A stretch of DNA of 64,000 bases from Mobula hypostoma. Its lineage: Eukaryota. The notes below the pieces were generated by a model. The model searched no databases. It saw only the letters and a program-made list of their open reading frames with translations, and was not told where the DNA came from. The stretch is from positions 151,964,001 to 152,028,000 of the forward strand of contig NC_086097.1 in the NCBI RefSeq assembly GCF_963921235.1, read 5' to 3'. Both the position numbers and the translations under genes were made by a program. Below, piece after piece: positions 26,501-38,600 of this stretch. The number at the start of each line of letters is the position of its first letter. The stretch's first letter is position 1.

Positions 26501-29129
26501 GGACATCGTCGGCCCCCTGCCGGTCTCCCGGGGCACCAGCTATATCTTTACCATGGTAGACCGCTCGCAGACAGGTCCACTGAGTCCTGCACCAGGACGC
26601 TCATTGCAAACTGGAATGCTAGATTCCGCCTCCCAACGGACATCACCTCCAACAGAGGGGTGCAGTTCACGTCTGGTTTGTGGACAGCACTGGCGCAGCT
26701 CCTGGGCACCCAGCTGCATCACACCACAGTGTACCATCCCTAGTCCAACAGTTTGGTACAGCGATTTCACTGGCATCTCAAGTCAGCCCTGATGGCGTGC
26801 CTCAGGGGCCCCAACTGGACAGATGAGCTTCCCTGTGACCTACTGGGCATCCGCACAGCCCCCAAGGAGGACCTGGACACCTCCTCAGCGGAATTGGTCT
26901 ATGGCACCCCCTGACAGTCCCAGGTGAGTTCGTACCAGAGGCCCGATGTTCGGAAGAAACTCTAGAGGCAGTGCTAACAAGGGTGCAGGACAGGGTAGGG
27001 ACCCTGGCACAAATCCCAACCTCCAGGCATGATCCCACACCATTCTTCACCCCTAAAGACCTCCGAGACTGTGAGGGTGTATTTATTCATAGGGGCATGC
27101 ACAGATCACCTCTACAGTGGCCGTACAAGGGACCCTTCAAGGTGATCCAGCACAGCAGAACCACGTGTCGTGGAGGTGGGTGGCCGAGAAGAGACTTTTA
27201 CAGTGGACCACCTCAAACCAACGCACTTGGACATTGAGCAACCAGAGAGGGTACCCGCACCGCGCCAGCGAGGCTGGCCACCCACACAGACTGGGGGCTC
27301 CACTCCCTCAATGGACGTTTCTGGGGCCGGGGGGGGGGGAGGGTGGTGCAGCGGCCCGCACACGCAGGGCTTGAACCGCCATCGGGAGCCGCGGGCAGAC
27401 ACACGGTAGCGCGTTTGGAACTACCCGCTCGGGGCGGACCTTCTGGGGACAGTCTGACGTCACGTCTGCCCTGTGGGTCGCAGGGGCCCATGGGAGTGGA
27501 GATTTAAACACGCGATTTTGAATCAGTAAAGGCATTCTGAGTTCAGCTCTCTGCCTCCATGTGTTTCTTTAGTAGCACGTTTGCGCGCGACCACAGTACA
27601 ATATTATGAAGGGTACAGATAGGGTAAATACAAGCAGGCCTTTTCCACTGAGGTTGTGTGAGACTACTTACTAGAGGTCATGGGTTAAAGGTGAAAAATG
27701 AAATGTGTAAAGGGAACCTGGGCAGAACTTCTTCAGAAAGAGAGTGTTGAAGGTGTGGAACAAACTGCCAGCACAGTTTGTGGTAGATATGAGACTGATT
27801 TCAACATTTACAAGAAATTTAGATAAATACATAGATAAAAGAGCTATGGAGGCTATGATCTGGATGTAGGTCAATGGGGTTCGGTCAAGTAATTGTTTAG
27901 CACAGAGTGGATGGGCCAAAGAACTTGTTTCTGTGCTGTAGTGTTCTATGACTCTATGCTGAGAAGATGGTTCTTCAAGTGAATGAATTCTAGTACTATC
28001 AACATGGTGTCAGGATAAGACATCACCCATGTAAGTATGAAATGAGGTACAATTTATTCTCTGAAAGAATTGTGAATCTTTGGAATCCTCTATGCCAGAA
28101 AACAATGGAAATAGAATCAAATATTTCTAAGGCTGAGAAAGACTTTTAGACTTTGGAAGAATCGAATTAATCTGCCACATTCTCAAAGAAGAACAGAACA
28201 ATTTGAAGAGTCAAAAAGGTATGCCTGATCCCATTTCTTACATTAAATGCCCTTTCACATAATCTCATTCATTCTTCCTCACATGATTTTTCTTTCCACA
28301 TTAATTCATATGTTCATGTTATCTGTGTACATAGATGGACTATAGCTACATGTGCTAGAAGGAGAATACTTATTAAGATACATAAAGATAGAGCTATTAC
28401 CATACATTACCATGAAAATGAGAGAATTAATTACAATTATGTTGTGGAACTGTAATCAATATTGCATATATATTCTAATGGCATTTAAACAAAAATATAT
28501 TGCAGAGATACACTGGCCTTTTAGACATCAATAAATGAATTTTGGAAGTGTTACCAATAAATATGGCATCATTAGCACAATATGATGAACATTTTATTAA
28601 TAAAATCTGGAAAATATTTAATTTAAATTATATGGAGAGGTAATTAATAACATTCAACTGACTTTAATGGGATATAATTCATATTAAATCAAAGTAATAT
28701 TACTAGAATGATGCACATAACATTTTATTAATGGTATATTGTCAGCTTAATACGCTGAAATGATTAGCTGAAATAATATTCTCAAAATAATGCAACCTTT
28801 TCTTTTCCTCATCATATAAAGTTGCAAACCTTACAGGATATGGCATTTTCCTAGGAAACTAGATGGTGTTGAATTTGTTCTTCTAAAGTGGCTTTGTTTC
28901 TCTGTCACCACATCTCTAAGTTCTCGGTTCTGTCAAACTTGAGAACTTAAGTCGACGTGCCTGATTACTGCTTCGCCAGGAAACAGTCCAGAGACAGCCA
29001 GAAAAATCAGGTGCATTACTGTTTTAGATACTGCCTGGCAAAGAGATAGGTGCTATCAATTCACCAAGCCCAAGAACTGCAAGCGAGCTGTGGCTTCTAA
29101 TGTTAGTGCAATGAACCAGAATTGATTAG

Positions 29130-31340
29130 AGAGCTTAGAGTAAAAAAACCCTTGGGGAAAGTGATCATATTATGATCAAATTCATCCTGAAATTTGAAAA
29201 GGAGAAGTTAGAGGCAGGTGTGTCAGTATTACAGTGGAGTAAGGGGAATTACAGAGGCATGAGAGAGGAGTTGGCCAGAACTGATTGAAAAGAACACTGG
29301 CAGGCAGAGCTGCAACAGCTGGAATTTCTGGAAGCAATTTGGAAAACATAGAATATATACATACCAAAGAGGAAGAAATATTCTGAAGGAAAGATGTCAC
29401 AACCATAGCTAACAAGAGCAGTGAAAGCCAACGAGGAGGCATACACAAGAGAAAAGATTAATGGGAAGTTAGAGGATTGGGAAGCTTTTAAAAACCAACA
29501 GAAGGCAACTAAAAAAAGTCAATAAGATGATAAAGATGAGATGAGAAGTTAAACCAGGCAATAATATTAAAGAGGACACCAGAAGTTTCTACAGATACAT
29601 AAAGTGTAAAAGACAGACAAAAGTGGATATTGGACCATTGGAAAATGATGCTAGAGAGGTAGTAATGAGGGATAAGGAAATAGCAGATGAACTGAATAAG
29701 CCTTTTACATTATTCTTCACTGTAGAAGATTATAGAAGTTCCTGGTCTCAGGGTGTATAAAGTGTGGAAGTTATCATAACTTCCTTGGGGTTCTTGGGGT
29801 CTGAAGGTAGATAAGTCATCTGGACCTGATGGTGTACACCCCAGAGTTCTGAAAGAGGTGGCTGAAGATATCGTGGAGGCATTAGTAATGATCTTTCAAG
29901 AAGATCGGAAAATTCCAAATGTCACTCCACACTTCAAGAAGGCAGAGAGGCAGAAGAAAGGAAACTATAGCCCAGTTTGTCTGACCTCAGTGGTTGTGAA
30001 GATGTTGGATTTGGTTATTAAGTATGAGGTCTCTGTGTACGTGGATGCACATGGCAAAATTGGCCGTAGTCAGCATGGTTTCCTCAAGGGAAAATCTTGC
30101 CCGACAAATCTGTTGGAATTCGTTGAAGTAGTAACAAGCAGGATAGACAAAGGAGAATCGGTTGATGTTGTGTACTTAAATTTTCAGAAGGCCTTTGACA
30201 AGGTGTCACACATGAGGTTGCTTAACAAGCTATGAGTCATGGTATTACAGGCAATATTCTAGCATGGATAAAGCCGTGGCAAATTAGCAGGAGGCAAAGA
30301 GTGGAAATAAAGAAGCCTTTTCTGACTGGATGCTGTGACTACTGGTGTACCACAGAAGTCTGTGTTGGGACCGATTCTCTTTCCATTATATGTCAATGAT
30401 TTAGATGATGGAATTTGTGTCTTTGTTGCAAACGATATGAAGAGAGATGGAGGAGCAAATAGTTTTGAGGAAGTAGAGAGGCTACAGAAAGACTTGCAGC
30501 ACATACAGATGAGGAGAAATGCAAAGAAATAGCAGATGCAGTACAGTGTCGAGAATGTACGGTCATGCACTTTGGTAGAAGAAATGAAAGATTGACTGTT
30601 TGGAGAGAGAATACAAAATAACAGAAACAAAGGGACTTAGGAGTGCTTGTGCAGGATTCCCTAAAGGTTAATTTACAGGTCGAGTCTTTGGTGAGGGAAG
30701 GCAAATGCAATGTTAGCATTCATTTCAAGAGGACTAGAATATAAAAGCAAGGTTGAAAGTTTATAAAGTACTGGTGAGGCCTCACTTGGAGTATTGTGAT
30801 CAGGTTTGGGCCCATTATCTTGGAAAGGATGTGCTGAAACTGCAGAGCGTTCAAAGGAGGTTCATGACATGATTCCAGGATTGAATGGTTTGTCATTTGA
30901 AGAGTGTCGGATGGCTCTGGTCCTAGTATTCACTAGAATTCAGAAGAATGAGGGGTGACCTCATTGAAACCTGCCAAATGGTGAGAGATCTTGAAAGAGT
31001 GGATGTGGAGAGGACGTTTCCTATGGTGGGAGAGTCTAAGACCAAAGGACACAGCCTTAAAATAGAGGGTTGTCCTTTTAGAATGAAGATGAGGAGGAAT
31101 TTCTTTAGCCAGAGAGTGATGAATCTGTGGAATTCTTTGCCACTGGCAGCTGTGGAGACCAGATCTTTAAGTATATTTAAGGAAGAGGTTGATAGATTCT
31201 TGATTGATCAGGGCATGAAGGGATATGGGGAGAAGTCAGGAGACTGGGGATGAGAAGAAAATTGGATCAGCCATGATGAAATGGAGAAGCAGACTCAATG
31301 GGCCAAATGGCCTAATTCTGCTCCTATATCTTATGGTCTT
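29130..31340 (+). mobile_element. Decayed CR1 LINE (RT and 3' end)
   Basis: NYSPVCLTS, SQHGFLKGKSC, YLNFQKAFDKV, TGVPQKSVLGP and NFFSQRVMNLWNSLP motifs. CTTATGGTCTT tail. Confidence 0.93.
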
Positions 31341-31344
31341 AATG

Positions 31345-31480
31345 GTCAGAGCAGTTGGTGGGCTATTGGTAAACTTCTGCTCTTCTTCAAGATAAGGTCA
31401 TAAAATACTTAAAGTTTACTTGTGACAACAGAAGAAGCCTCAGTTTAAAATCTCAAACAAAAGACAGTGCTTCCAGAGAG
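31345..31480 (-). mobile_element. Deu-domain SINE relic
   Basis: ctgctcttcttc...gcctcagtttaaaatctc...aaagacagtgcttcc matches the antisense of the Deu core as recalled. Confidence 0.55.
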
Positions 31481-31789
31481 CCGGGCTAGATCAGTTGCGG
31501 AATCGACAAAATGCTCAGAGATTGGAGTAATTAAAAAAAGACTCCAAATTTTCATATCCTTTTAAATCTAACAGTCAACAGCTCAACATACTAATTTACA
31601 AGCATTTCTGTACTTATGGCTGTGAATAAGAAATAAGAATGCATACGTAACGACTGAAACTTTCATTACAGACTTTTTTTAAAAATAAAAATTTGCTGGT
31701 ATTCTTCAAAGTTAATCTCTTTCTAAAGTAGAATATCCAAAAGCAGTTAGTGGAGACACATTAATCTAAAACAGAACACAGAAGGCAGA

Positions 31790-32110
31790 ATATGAAACAG
31801 AAGTGTGTAGCACAGTACAGGCCCTTCACCCACGGTGTTGTACCGACTTTTTTTTTTTTAACATCCACCAAGATCAATCTAACCCTTTCCTCCCACATAG
31901 CCCTCCACTTTTCTTTCATTTATGTGCCTGTCTAGGAACTCCTAATATATCAGCTCCTTCCACCATCTCTGGCAGTGTTCTCCTGTCACCCACCACTTTG
32001 TGTAAAAAAAAAACACTTGCCTCTGACATTTCCCCTAAGCATTCCTCTGTTGACCTTAAGAGTATGTCTTCTGGAATTAGCCGTTACTGTCCTGCCCCAG
32101 GGATTTATCT
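31790..32110 (-). mobile_element. CR1 3' fragment
   Basis: Begins with the antisense CR1 terminus tagcacagtacaggccctt. Confidence 0.75.
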
Positions 32111-32280
32111 ATCTTAATGTTTATCAAAAGCACCAATGTTATCCTCAATCCTGAGGGATGCCTAAGGAAAAGACCAGGACATACCAGAAAACATAGGGCA
32201 TTATGTTACGCTGTGGGTACAATGGCAACTATTGAGGACTGGTAGATACAGGAGAGAATTTAATTTGCTAAGTATCGAAA

Positions 32281-32588
32281 GGTTGGCGCGTGGCCAAGTG
32301 GTTAAGGTGTTCGTCTAGTGATCTGAAGGTTGCTAGTTCGAGCCTTGGCTGAGGCAGCATATTGTGTCCTTGAGCAAGGCACTTAACCACACACTGCTCT
32401 GCGATGACACCGGTGCCATGCTGTATGGGTCCTAATGCCCTTCCCTTGGACAACATTGGTGGTGTGGAGAGGGGAGACTTGCAGCATGGGCAACTGCCGG
32501 TCTTCCATACAACCTTTCCCAGGCCTGCGCCCTGGAAACCTTCCAAGGCGCAAATCCCTGGTCTCACGAGACTAACTGATGCCTATAT
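32281..32588 (+). mobile_element. tRNA-derived SINE with CORE-like domain
   Basis: Pol III A box TGGCCAAGTGG (32291-32301), B box GTTCGAGCC (32336-32344), then tgtgtccttgagcaaggcacttaacc. Confidence 0.85.
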
Positions 32589-32879
32589 AGTAAATCAAAA
32601 GGCTGAATTGCTTAACTTTTCTGTGCTTTGACTTTATTCCGGCCGTTGTTGTCACTGCACAATAAATAATGTGGAAGGGTTACTTATTTTCTATTGAAAT
32701 AATATTTTTATTAAACAGTATAGTGCTGGCTATAAATGACACATGTCAACTTTAGATTCAATGAGAACACACAATATTCATGTTCAGCTCAATGTTACAT
32801 ATCATCCTGACGATATGTACACAGTGGCCATTTTATTAGGTACTTCGGGTACTTAATATTGTGGCCACTGAGTATATGC

Positions 32880-33065
32880 CACCATTCCTTCATTGTCACT
32901 GGGCTTAAATATTGGAACTACCTCCACAATGATGTTGTATGTACCGTTAACAGAGGACTGCAGCAGATGATGAAAGCAGCTTAATACCACTTTCTGAAAG
33001 GCAGTTAGAATGAACTTATGAATGCTGGCCTTGCTGCCAAAGTTTAGATCCCAAGAAACAAACGA
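32880..33065 (+). mobile_element. Ancient CR1-group 3' end
   Basis: ggaactacctcc...ggactgcagcag...atgctggccttgc tail pattern. Confidence 0.55.
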
Positions 33066-33825
33066 GTAAACAGAAAGCAGAGAGAGTGCCAAGGCCGTTC
33101 TAGTGGGGATTGGAGCTGCAGTGGAACTCTACTGCCATCACTGTGCATGCGGACACAGCTTTGCTGCGAGCTAAACAACTTTTCAAAAATCACCTGAGAT
33201 GGAAGCATTCTTTAGGTTTTTAATGAGACTTCTTTTTATTTCTGTGAAATGATATTGCTGTTTCACAGGCAGATAAAGAGTGGATGAAGATGTATTTTTT
33301 TCTACCATTTGCTCCAAATTAGAATAAAAGCTTACTTGCGCAGGAAGTAGTACAAAAAACAGCTTACAGTGATGTTCATTCAAAATGATCTATGCCTCTA
33401 GAAGCTAGAACACTCCCTGTCTGGCATGTCAAACTTAACTACAGAAACTACAGGTCAAATAATCATTTCACTAAGTCTTCGACAAAGAAGAATAATCTCA
33501 GAATGGTCTTGACAAAAGCCTAACTACATCGTCTTTAACCATTCTCACTTCAAAAACGTCAGCCTTGATGACATACAGCAATTGTTTGTGAAAATTGTCC
33601 AGTGAGCACAGAGCTGACATGAAGTGTACCCAGAATGATGACTGGGTAAGTTTCCTCTGAAGTGCATTGTGCCTTCTTTATACGTCCTCTGACTTGCAGT
33701 AGTCCCTCAGAGTCAAGGAACGGGCAGTGTTTACTAAGTAGACTTTGTTTTGGGAGAGATTCCTGCCTTGTGATGCACTGCACTTCCTTGCAGAAGTCTG
33801 TCTTTGAACAACAGAGCAGGAACAG

Positions 33826-34598
33826 TGGATCCTTGACTTCCTAGCTGAAAGGTCACAATTTGTGCAGATCAGAAATAACATCTCCACCTTGCTGATTGGA
33901 AGCAAGATCTCTACCTTGCCAACAATCAACACTGGTGCACCTCAGGGACATGTGCTTACCCACTACTCTACTCTCTCTACACCCATGACTGTGTGGCTGG
34001 GTGCAGCTAAAATGCCATCTATAAATTTGCTGACAATACAGCTATTGTTGACAGAATTTCAGATGGTGATGAGAGGGCGTACAGGAGCGAGGTATATCAG
34101 CTATTTGACTGGGGTTGCAGCAACAGCCTTGAACACAACATTAGTAAGACTAAAGAACTGACTGTGGATTTCAGAAAGGGTAGGATGAGGTAACACCCCA
34201 GTCCTGAAAGAGGGATCAGAAGTGGAATGAGTGAGCAATTCCAAGTTCCTTGGTGTCAATATCTGTGAGGATCTATTCTCGACCCAACATATCGAGGCTA
34301 CGACAAAGAAGGCATGTCAATGGCTACATTTCATGAGGAGTTTGAGGAGATTTGGTATGTCACCAAAGACACTCATCAATTTCGACAGATGTACCATGGC
34401 GGGCATCCTAATTGGCAGCATCATGGTCTGGTATGGTGGGGTGGGGGGGGGGGGCGGTAGAAGGCTGGCTACTGCACAGGATTGAAATAAGCTGCTGAGA
34501 CTTAACAATCTAGTCAGCTCCATCACGGGCACTAGCCACTGTAGTATTCAGGATATTTTCAAGGAACGATGCCTCAAAAAAGGCAGCAGCAATTATTT
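33826..34598 (+). mobile_element. Rex1/Babar-type RT fragment within BEL (duplicated at 40017-40789)
   Basis: WILDFL, NTGAPQGHVL, YKFADNT and FMRSLRRFGMS motifs. Confidence 0.85.
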
Positions 34599-34749
34599 AG
34601 AAGTAAGTGGGAATTAGAAAAAGCATTCTAACCTTTGCATGACCTCAGTATTGTTGGGCATGATCCTATGTGCTGTGAGAGTAGACTGTGCCAAGATGTC
34701 TTGTGATTATTTTAGCATGCTGACTGCTTCTTCTGTTAGAAAATGATTA

Positions 34750-35687
34750 AAACATAGAAAACATACAACACAATATAGGCCCTTCAGCCCACAAAGCTGT
34801 GTCGAACATGTCCCTACCTTAGAACTACCTAGGCTTTACCCATAGCCCTCTATTTGTCCAAGCTCCATGTAGCCACCTAGGAGTCTCTTAAAAAACCCTA
34901 TCGTTTCTGCCCCCATCACCGCCACCAGCAGCCCATTCCATGCACTCACCACTCTCTGCATAAAAAACTTACCCCTGACATCTCCTCTGTATCTTCTTCC
35001 AAGCACCTTAAAACTATGCCCTCTTGTGCTAGCCATTTCAGCCCTGGGGAAAAGCCTCTGACTATCCACATGATCAATGCCTCTCATCATCTTATACACC
35101 TCTATCAAGTCAACTCTCATCCTCTGTCGCTCCAAGGAGAAAAGACCGAGTTCTCACAACATATCCTTATAAGGCATGCTCCCCAAACCAGGCAACGTCC
35201 TTGTAAATCTCCTCTACACCCTTTTTATGGTGTCCACGTACTTCCTATAGTGAGGCAACCAGAATTGAGCACAGTACTCCAAGTGGGGTCTGACCAGGGT
35301 CCTATATAGCTGCAACATTACCTCTCTGCTCTTAAACTCAATCCCACGATTGACGAAGGCCAATGCACCGTATGCCTTCTTAACCACACAGTTAACCTGC
35401 ATAGCAGCTTTGAGTGTCCTATGGACTCAGACCCCAGGATCTCCCTGATCCTCCACACTGCCAAGAGTCTTATCATTAATACTACATTCTACCATCATAT
35501 TTGACCTACCAAAATTAACCACCTCACACTTACCTGGGTTGAACTCCATCTGATACTTCTCAGCCCAGTTTTGCATCCTATCAATGTCCCGCTGTAAACT
35601 CTGACAGCTCTCCACACTATCCACAACACCCCCAACTTTTGTCATCAGCAAATTTACTAACCCATTCCTTCACTTCCTCATCCAGGT
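34750..35687 (-). mobile_element. Duplicated 3' part of the CR1 at 40941-43960, cut off at the L1 junction
   Basis: Identical to 40941-41878. Stops just upstream of KFADD, where the L1 begins. Confidence 0.93.
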
Positions 35688-38600
35688 TCCGGAGACTTAA
35701 AGCACAAATTTTATTTTTACAAGAGACCCATGTACGGAGGGGGGACAGACTACGTTTTTTCAAATTCTGGAAGGGACAACAATTTCATTCGAACTCCAAT
35801 GCTAAGATTCGAGGCGTCTCTATTTTTATAGACTCCTCAGTTACTTTTATACAACAGGATATTATCTCTGATCCGAATGGTAGATTTTTATTGGTTAGTG
35901 GTTTACTATTTAATAAAAAAGTAGTTTTGGTTAATGTTTATGCTCCTAATATGGATTGTCCGGAATTTTATAAATCATTGTTTGATCAGTTTCCGAATTT
36001 GAACGAGTTTTCATTGATTTGGGGCGGAGATCTTAATACCTGTTTATCTCCAGCTTTGGACCGTTCGGCTCCTTTACGGACTTTACCTAATAAATCTGCA
36101 AATTTGATTAATTTTTTCCTTTCTGATTCTGGGTCGACGGACATTTGGCGTTTTCTGCATCCTCAGGAAAAAGATTTTTCCTTTTTTTCACATGTTTATC
36201 ATTCCTATTCAAGAATTGATTATTTTTTCATTGATTCTCGTCTCATTCCTTCAGTGATTAAATGTGATTATGATTCTATAACCATTTCGGATCATGCTCC
36301 ACTTAAGCTTTCTATTAAAATTATGGCCAATATACCAAACAATAGACAATGGCGTTTTAATTCGCTGTTGCTTCAGGACTCGGACTTTGTTAATTTTATG
36401 AATGAACAGATTGAGCTTTTTTTTACAATTAACCATACAGAAGATATTTCGGTTAACACTCTTTGGGACACTTTTAAAGCCTATATTCGGGGTCAGATTA
36501 TTTCGTATTCCGTTGCTTTGAGGAAGAAACAGAAGCAGGAGGAGATGGCAATTGTGGACAAGATTAAAGAAATTGATAAGAAATATGTTATGGCTCCTTC
36601 TGAGGAGCTATACAAACAAAGAACTGAACTTCAAATGGAACACAGTTTACTACTCTCGTCCTCGATTGTAAACCAATTAAAGAAAACAAGAAGTGATTTT
36701 TATGTTCACAGTGATAAAATTGGCAAGCTGCTGGCTAATCAATTGAAATCTAATTATGTTAAATCTCAAATCAATCAGATTTATAACCAAAATGATCGAT
36801 TGATATTGGATCATGTGGGGATTAATCAAACCTTTTGTGATTTTTATTCTTCTTTATATCAATCAGAGTCTCCTCGAGATTCTAAATATATGAATGATTT
36901 TTTAGATAAGTTAGACTTCCCTCAGATTTCACAGGATATGTCTTCTTTATTAGATACTTCCATTACAATGGATGAGATTAAGAATGTTATTTTTTCTATG
37001 AATCTGGGGAAAGCTCCTGGCCCTGATGGGTTTACCGTTGAATTTTATAAATGTTTTGCTTCTTTATTGATTCCTTGGCTCTATAAGGTTTTTGAGGCTT
37101 CTTTGAAACTTGGTAAACTTCCGGAATCTTTTAATAGAGCATCAATTTCTTTAATACTAAAGAAGGATAAAGACCCTGCTCAATGTGCATCTTATAGACC
37201 AATATCTTTATTAAATGTTGATTCTAAAGTTTTTTCTAAGTTATTAGCAAATAGACTAGAAAAAGTACTTCCTTCTATTATTTCGGAAGACCAAACGGGT
37301 TTTATTAAAGGTCGTTACTCTTTTTATAATATTCGTACATTGTTAAATATCGTTTATACTCCCTCACAAAATGTTCCTGAGTGTGTTATTTCTTTAGATG
37401 CCGAGAAAGCTTTTGATAGAGTAGAATGGCCTTATTTATTTAAGGTGCTTGAAATGTTTAATTTTAGCTTGAAATTTATATCCTGGATTAAACTGTTATA
37501 TCACTCCCCTGTAGCCTCGGTTCGTACTAACTCCTTAAACTCACCTTTTTTTCCTCTCTTTCGTGGTACTCGACAAGGCTGTCCTCTTAGTCCCCTATTA
37601 TTTGATATTGCATTAGAACCTCTTGCAATTGCTATTCGAGAATCTTCAAATATTACTGGGATAACTCGGGGATTAAAGTCCCATAAATTATCACTCTATG
37701 CTGATGATTTACTTTTATATATTTCTAATCCTGAGAGATCCATTCCTGCTGTTTTAGAGTTATTAGCACAATTTGGTCTTTTCTCAGGTTATAAATTAAA
37801 TCTTAGTAAGAGTGAACTTTTTCCGATTAATAAACATCTTCCCTTATATTATAAATTTCCATTTAAATTGATTAATAATTACTTTTCATATCTTGGGATT
37901 AAAATTACTTGTAAACATAAAGATTTATTTAAGACTAACTTTTTACCATTAATAGACCATATTACTCAACTTTCATCTAAATGGTTTCCCTTATATTTAA
38001 CTTTGATTGGTCGTATTAATGCAGTTAAGATGTTTTTTTTGCCAAAATTTTTATATGTGTTTCAGGCATTACCAATTTTCGTTCCTAAATCTTTTTTTGA
38101 TAAAGTTGACTCTAAAATTTCTTCATTTATTTGGCAGAATAAGAATCCGAGACTGGGTAAAATACATTTACAGAAAGCTAAGAGAGATGGAGGTTTAGCA
38201 TTACCTAACTTTAGATTTTATTATTGGGCTATTAATATTCGACATATGAAATTTTGGTTACTTGACCGGGACATACTATCTATTCCTAAATGGGTAGCAT
38301 TGGAATTACAATCTGTTCAGGGTTATACACTTGGTTCTATTTTAGGTTCCTCTCTTCCTTTTGATTCGAAACGCCTTAAGCAGGTCTCTAACCCGATAGT
38401 TAAATATGCTTTGCGCATTTGGTTTCAATTCAGAAAATTTTTTGATCTTAATCAATTCGGGTTAGCGATTCCTATTTTAGGTAACATATTTTTTCCTCCC
38501 TCTTTTACGGATCGCGCTTTTCAAACTTGGAAGACTAAGGGTATTTTACGGTTTTTGGATTTATTTTTAGATGGTTCCCTTATGTCTTTTGAACAATTAT

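Larger units (their letters stand above)
23325..27595 (+). mobile_element. Near full-length CsRn1-clade Gypsy LTR retrotransposon, coding regions disrupted
   Basis: LTRs at 23325-23562 (first ~13 bp lost) and 27347-27595. Gag 23633-24313 has a CHCC motif (CFYHQRWGSGVRRCRPTC). Protease FLVDTRAEVS, RT WRPCGDYRRLN and YLDD, then RNase H and integrase. G-rich PPT at 27329-27346. Confidence 0.95.
33552..35687 (+). repeat. Direct duplication, copy 1 (2,136 bp)
   Basis: Matches 39743-41878 at a constant offset of 6,191. All paired ORF translations are identical and the G12 run is the same length. Confidence 0.97.

Noticed and set aside
23755..27535. Numerous antisense and alternate-frame ORFs over the Gypsy
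   Set aside because: They are shadow ORFs of GC-rich gag-pol sequence with no independent motifs.
28917..29014. Two adjacent hairpins (9-bp perfect stem; 10-bp stem with G-U pairs)
   Set aside because: Stems this short are expected by chance in 64 kb, and no snoRNA or miRNA hallmarks were seen.
32281..32355. tRNA gene
   Set aside because: A and B boxes are present, but the sequence continues into a CORE-like body and tail with no convincing cloverleaf, so it is a SINE head.
35639..35686. TTG-initiated N-terminus of the 1,247-aa ORF
   Set aside because: These codons are antisense CR1 sequence from the duplicated flank, not a genuine ORF2 start.
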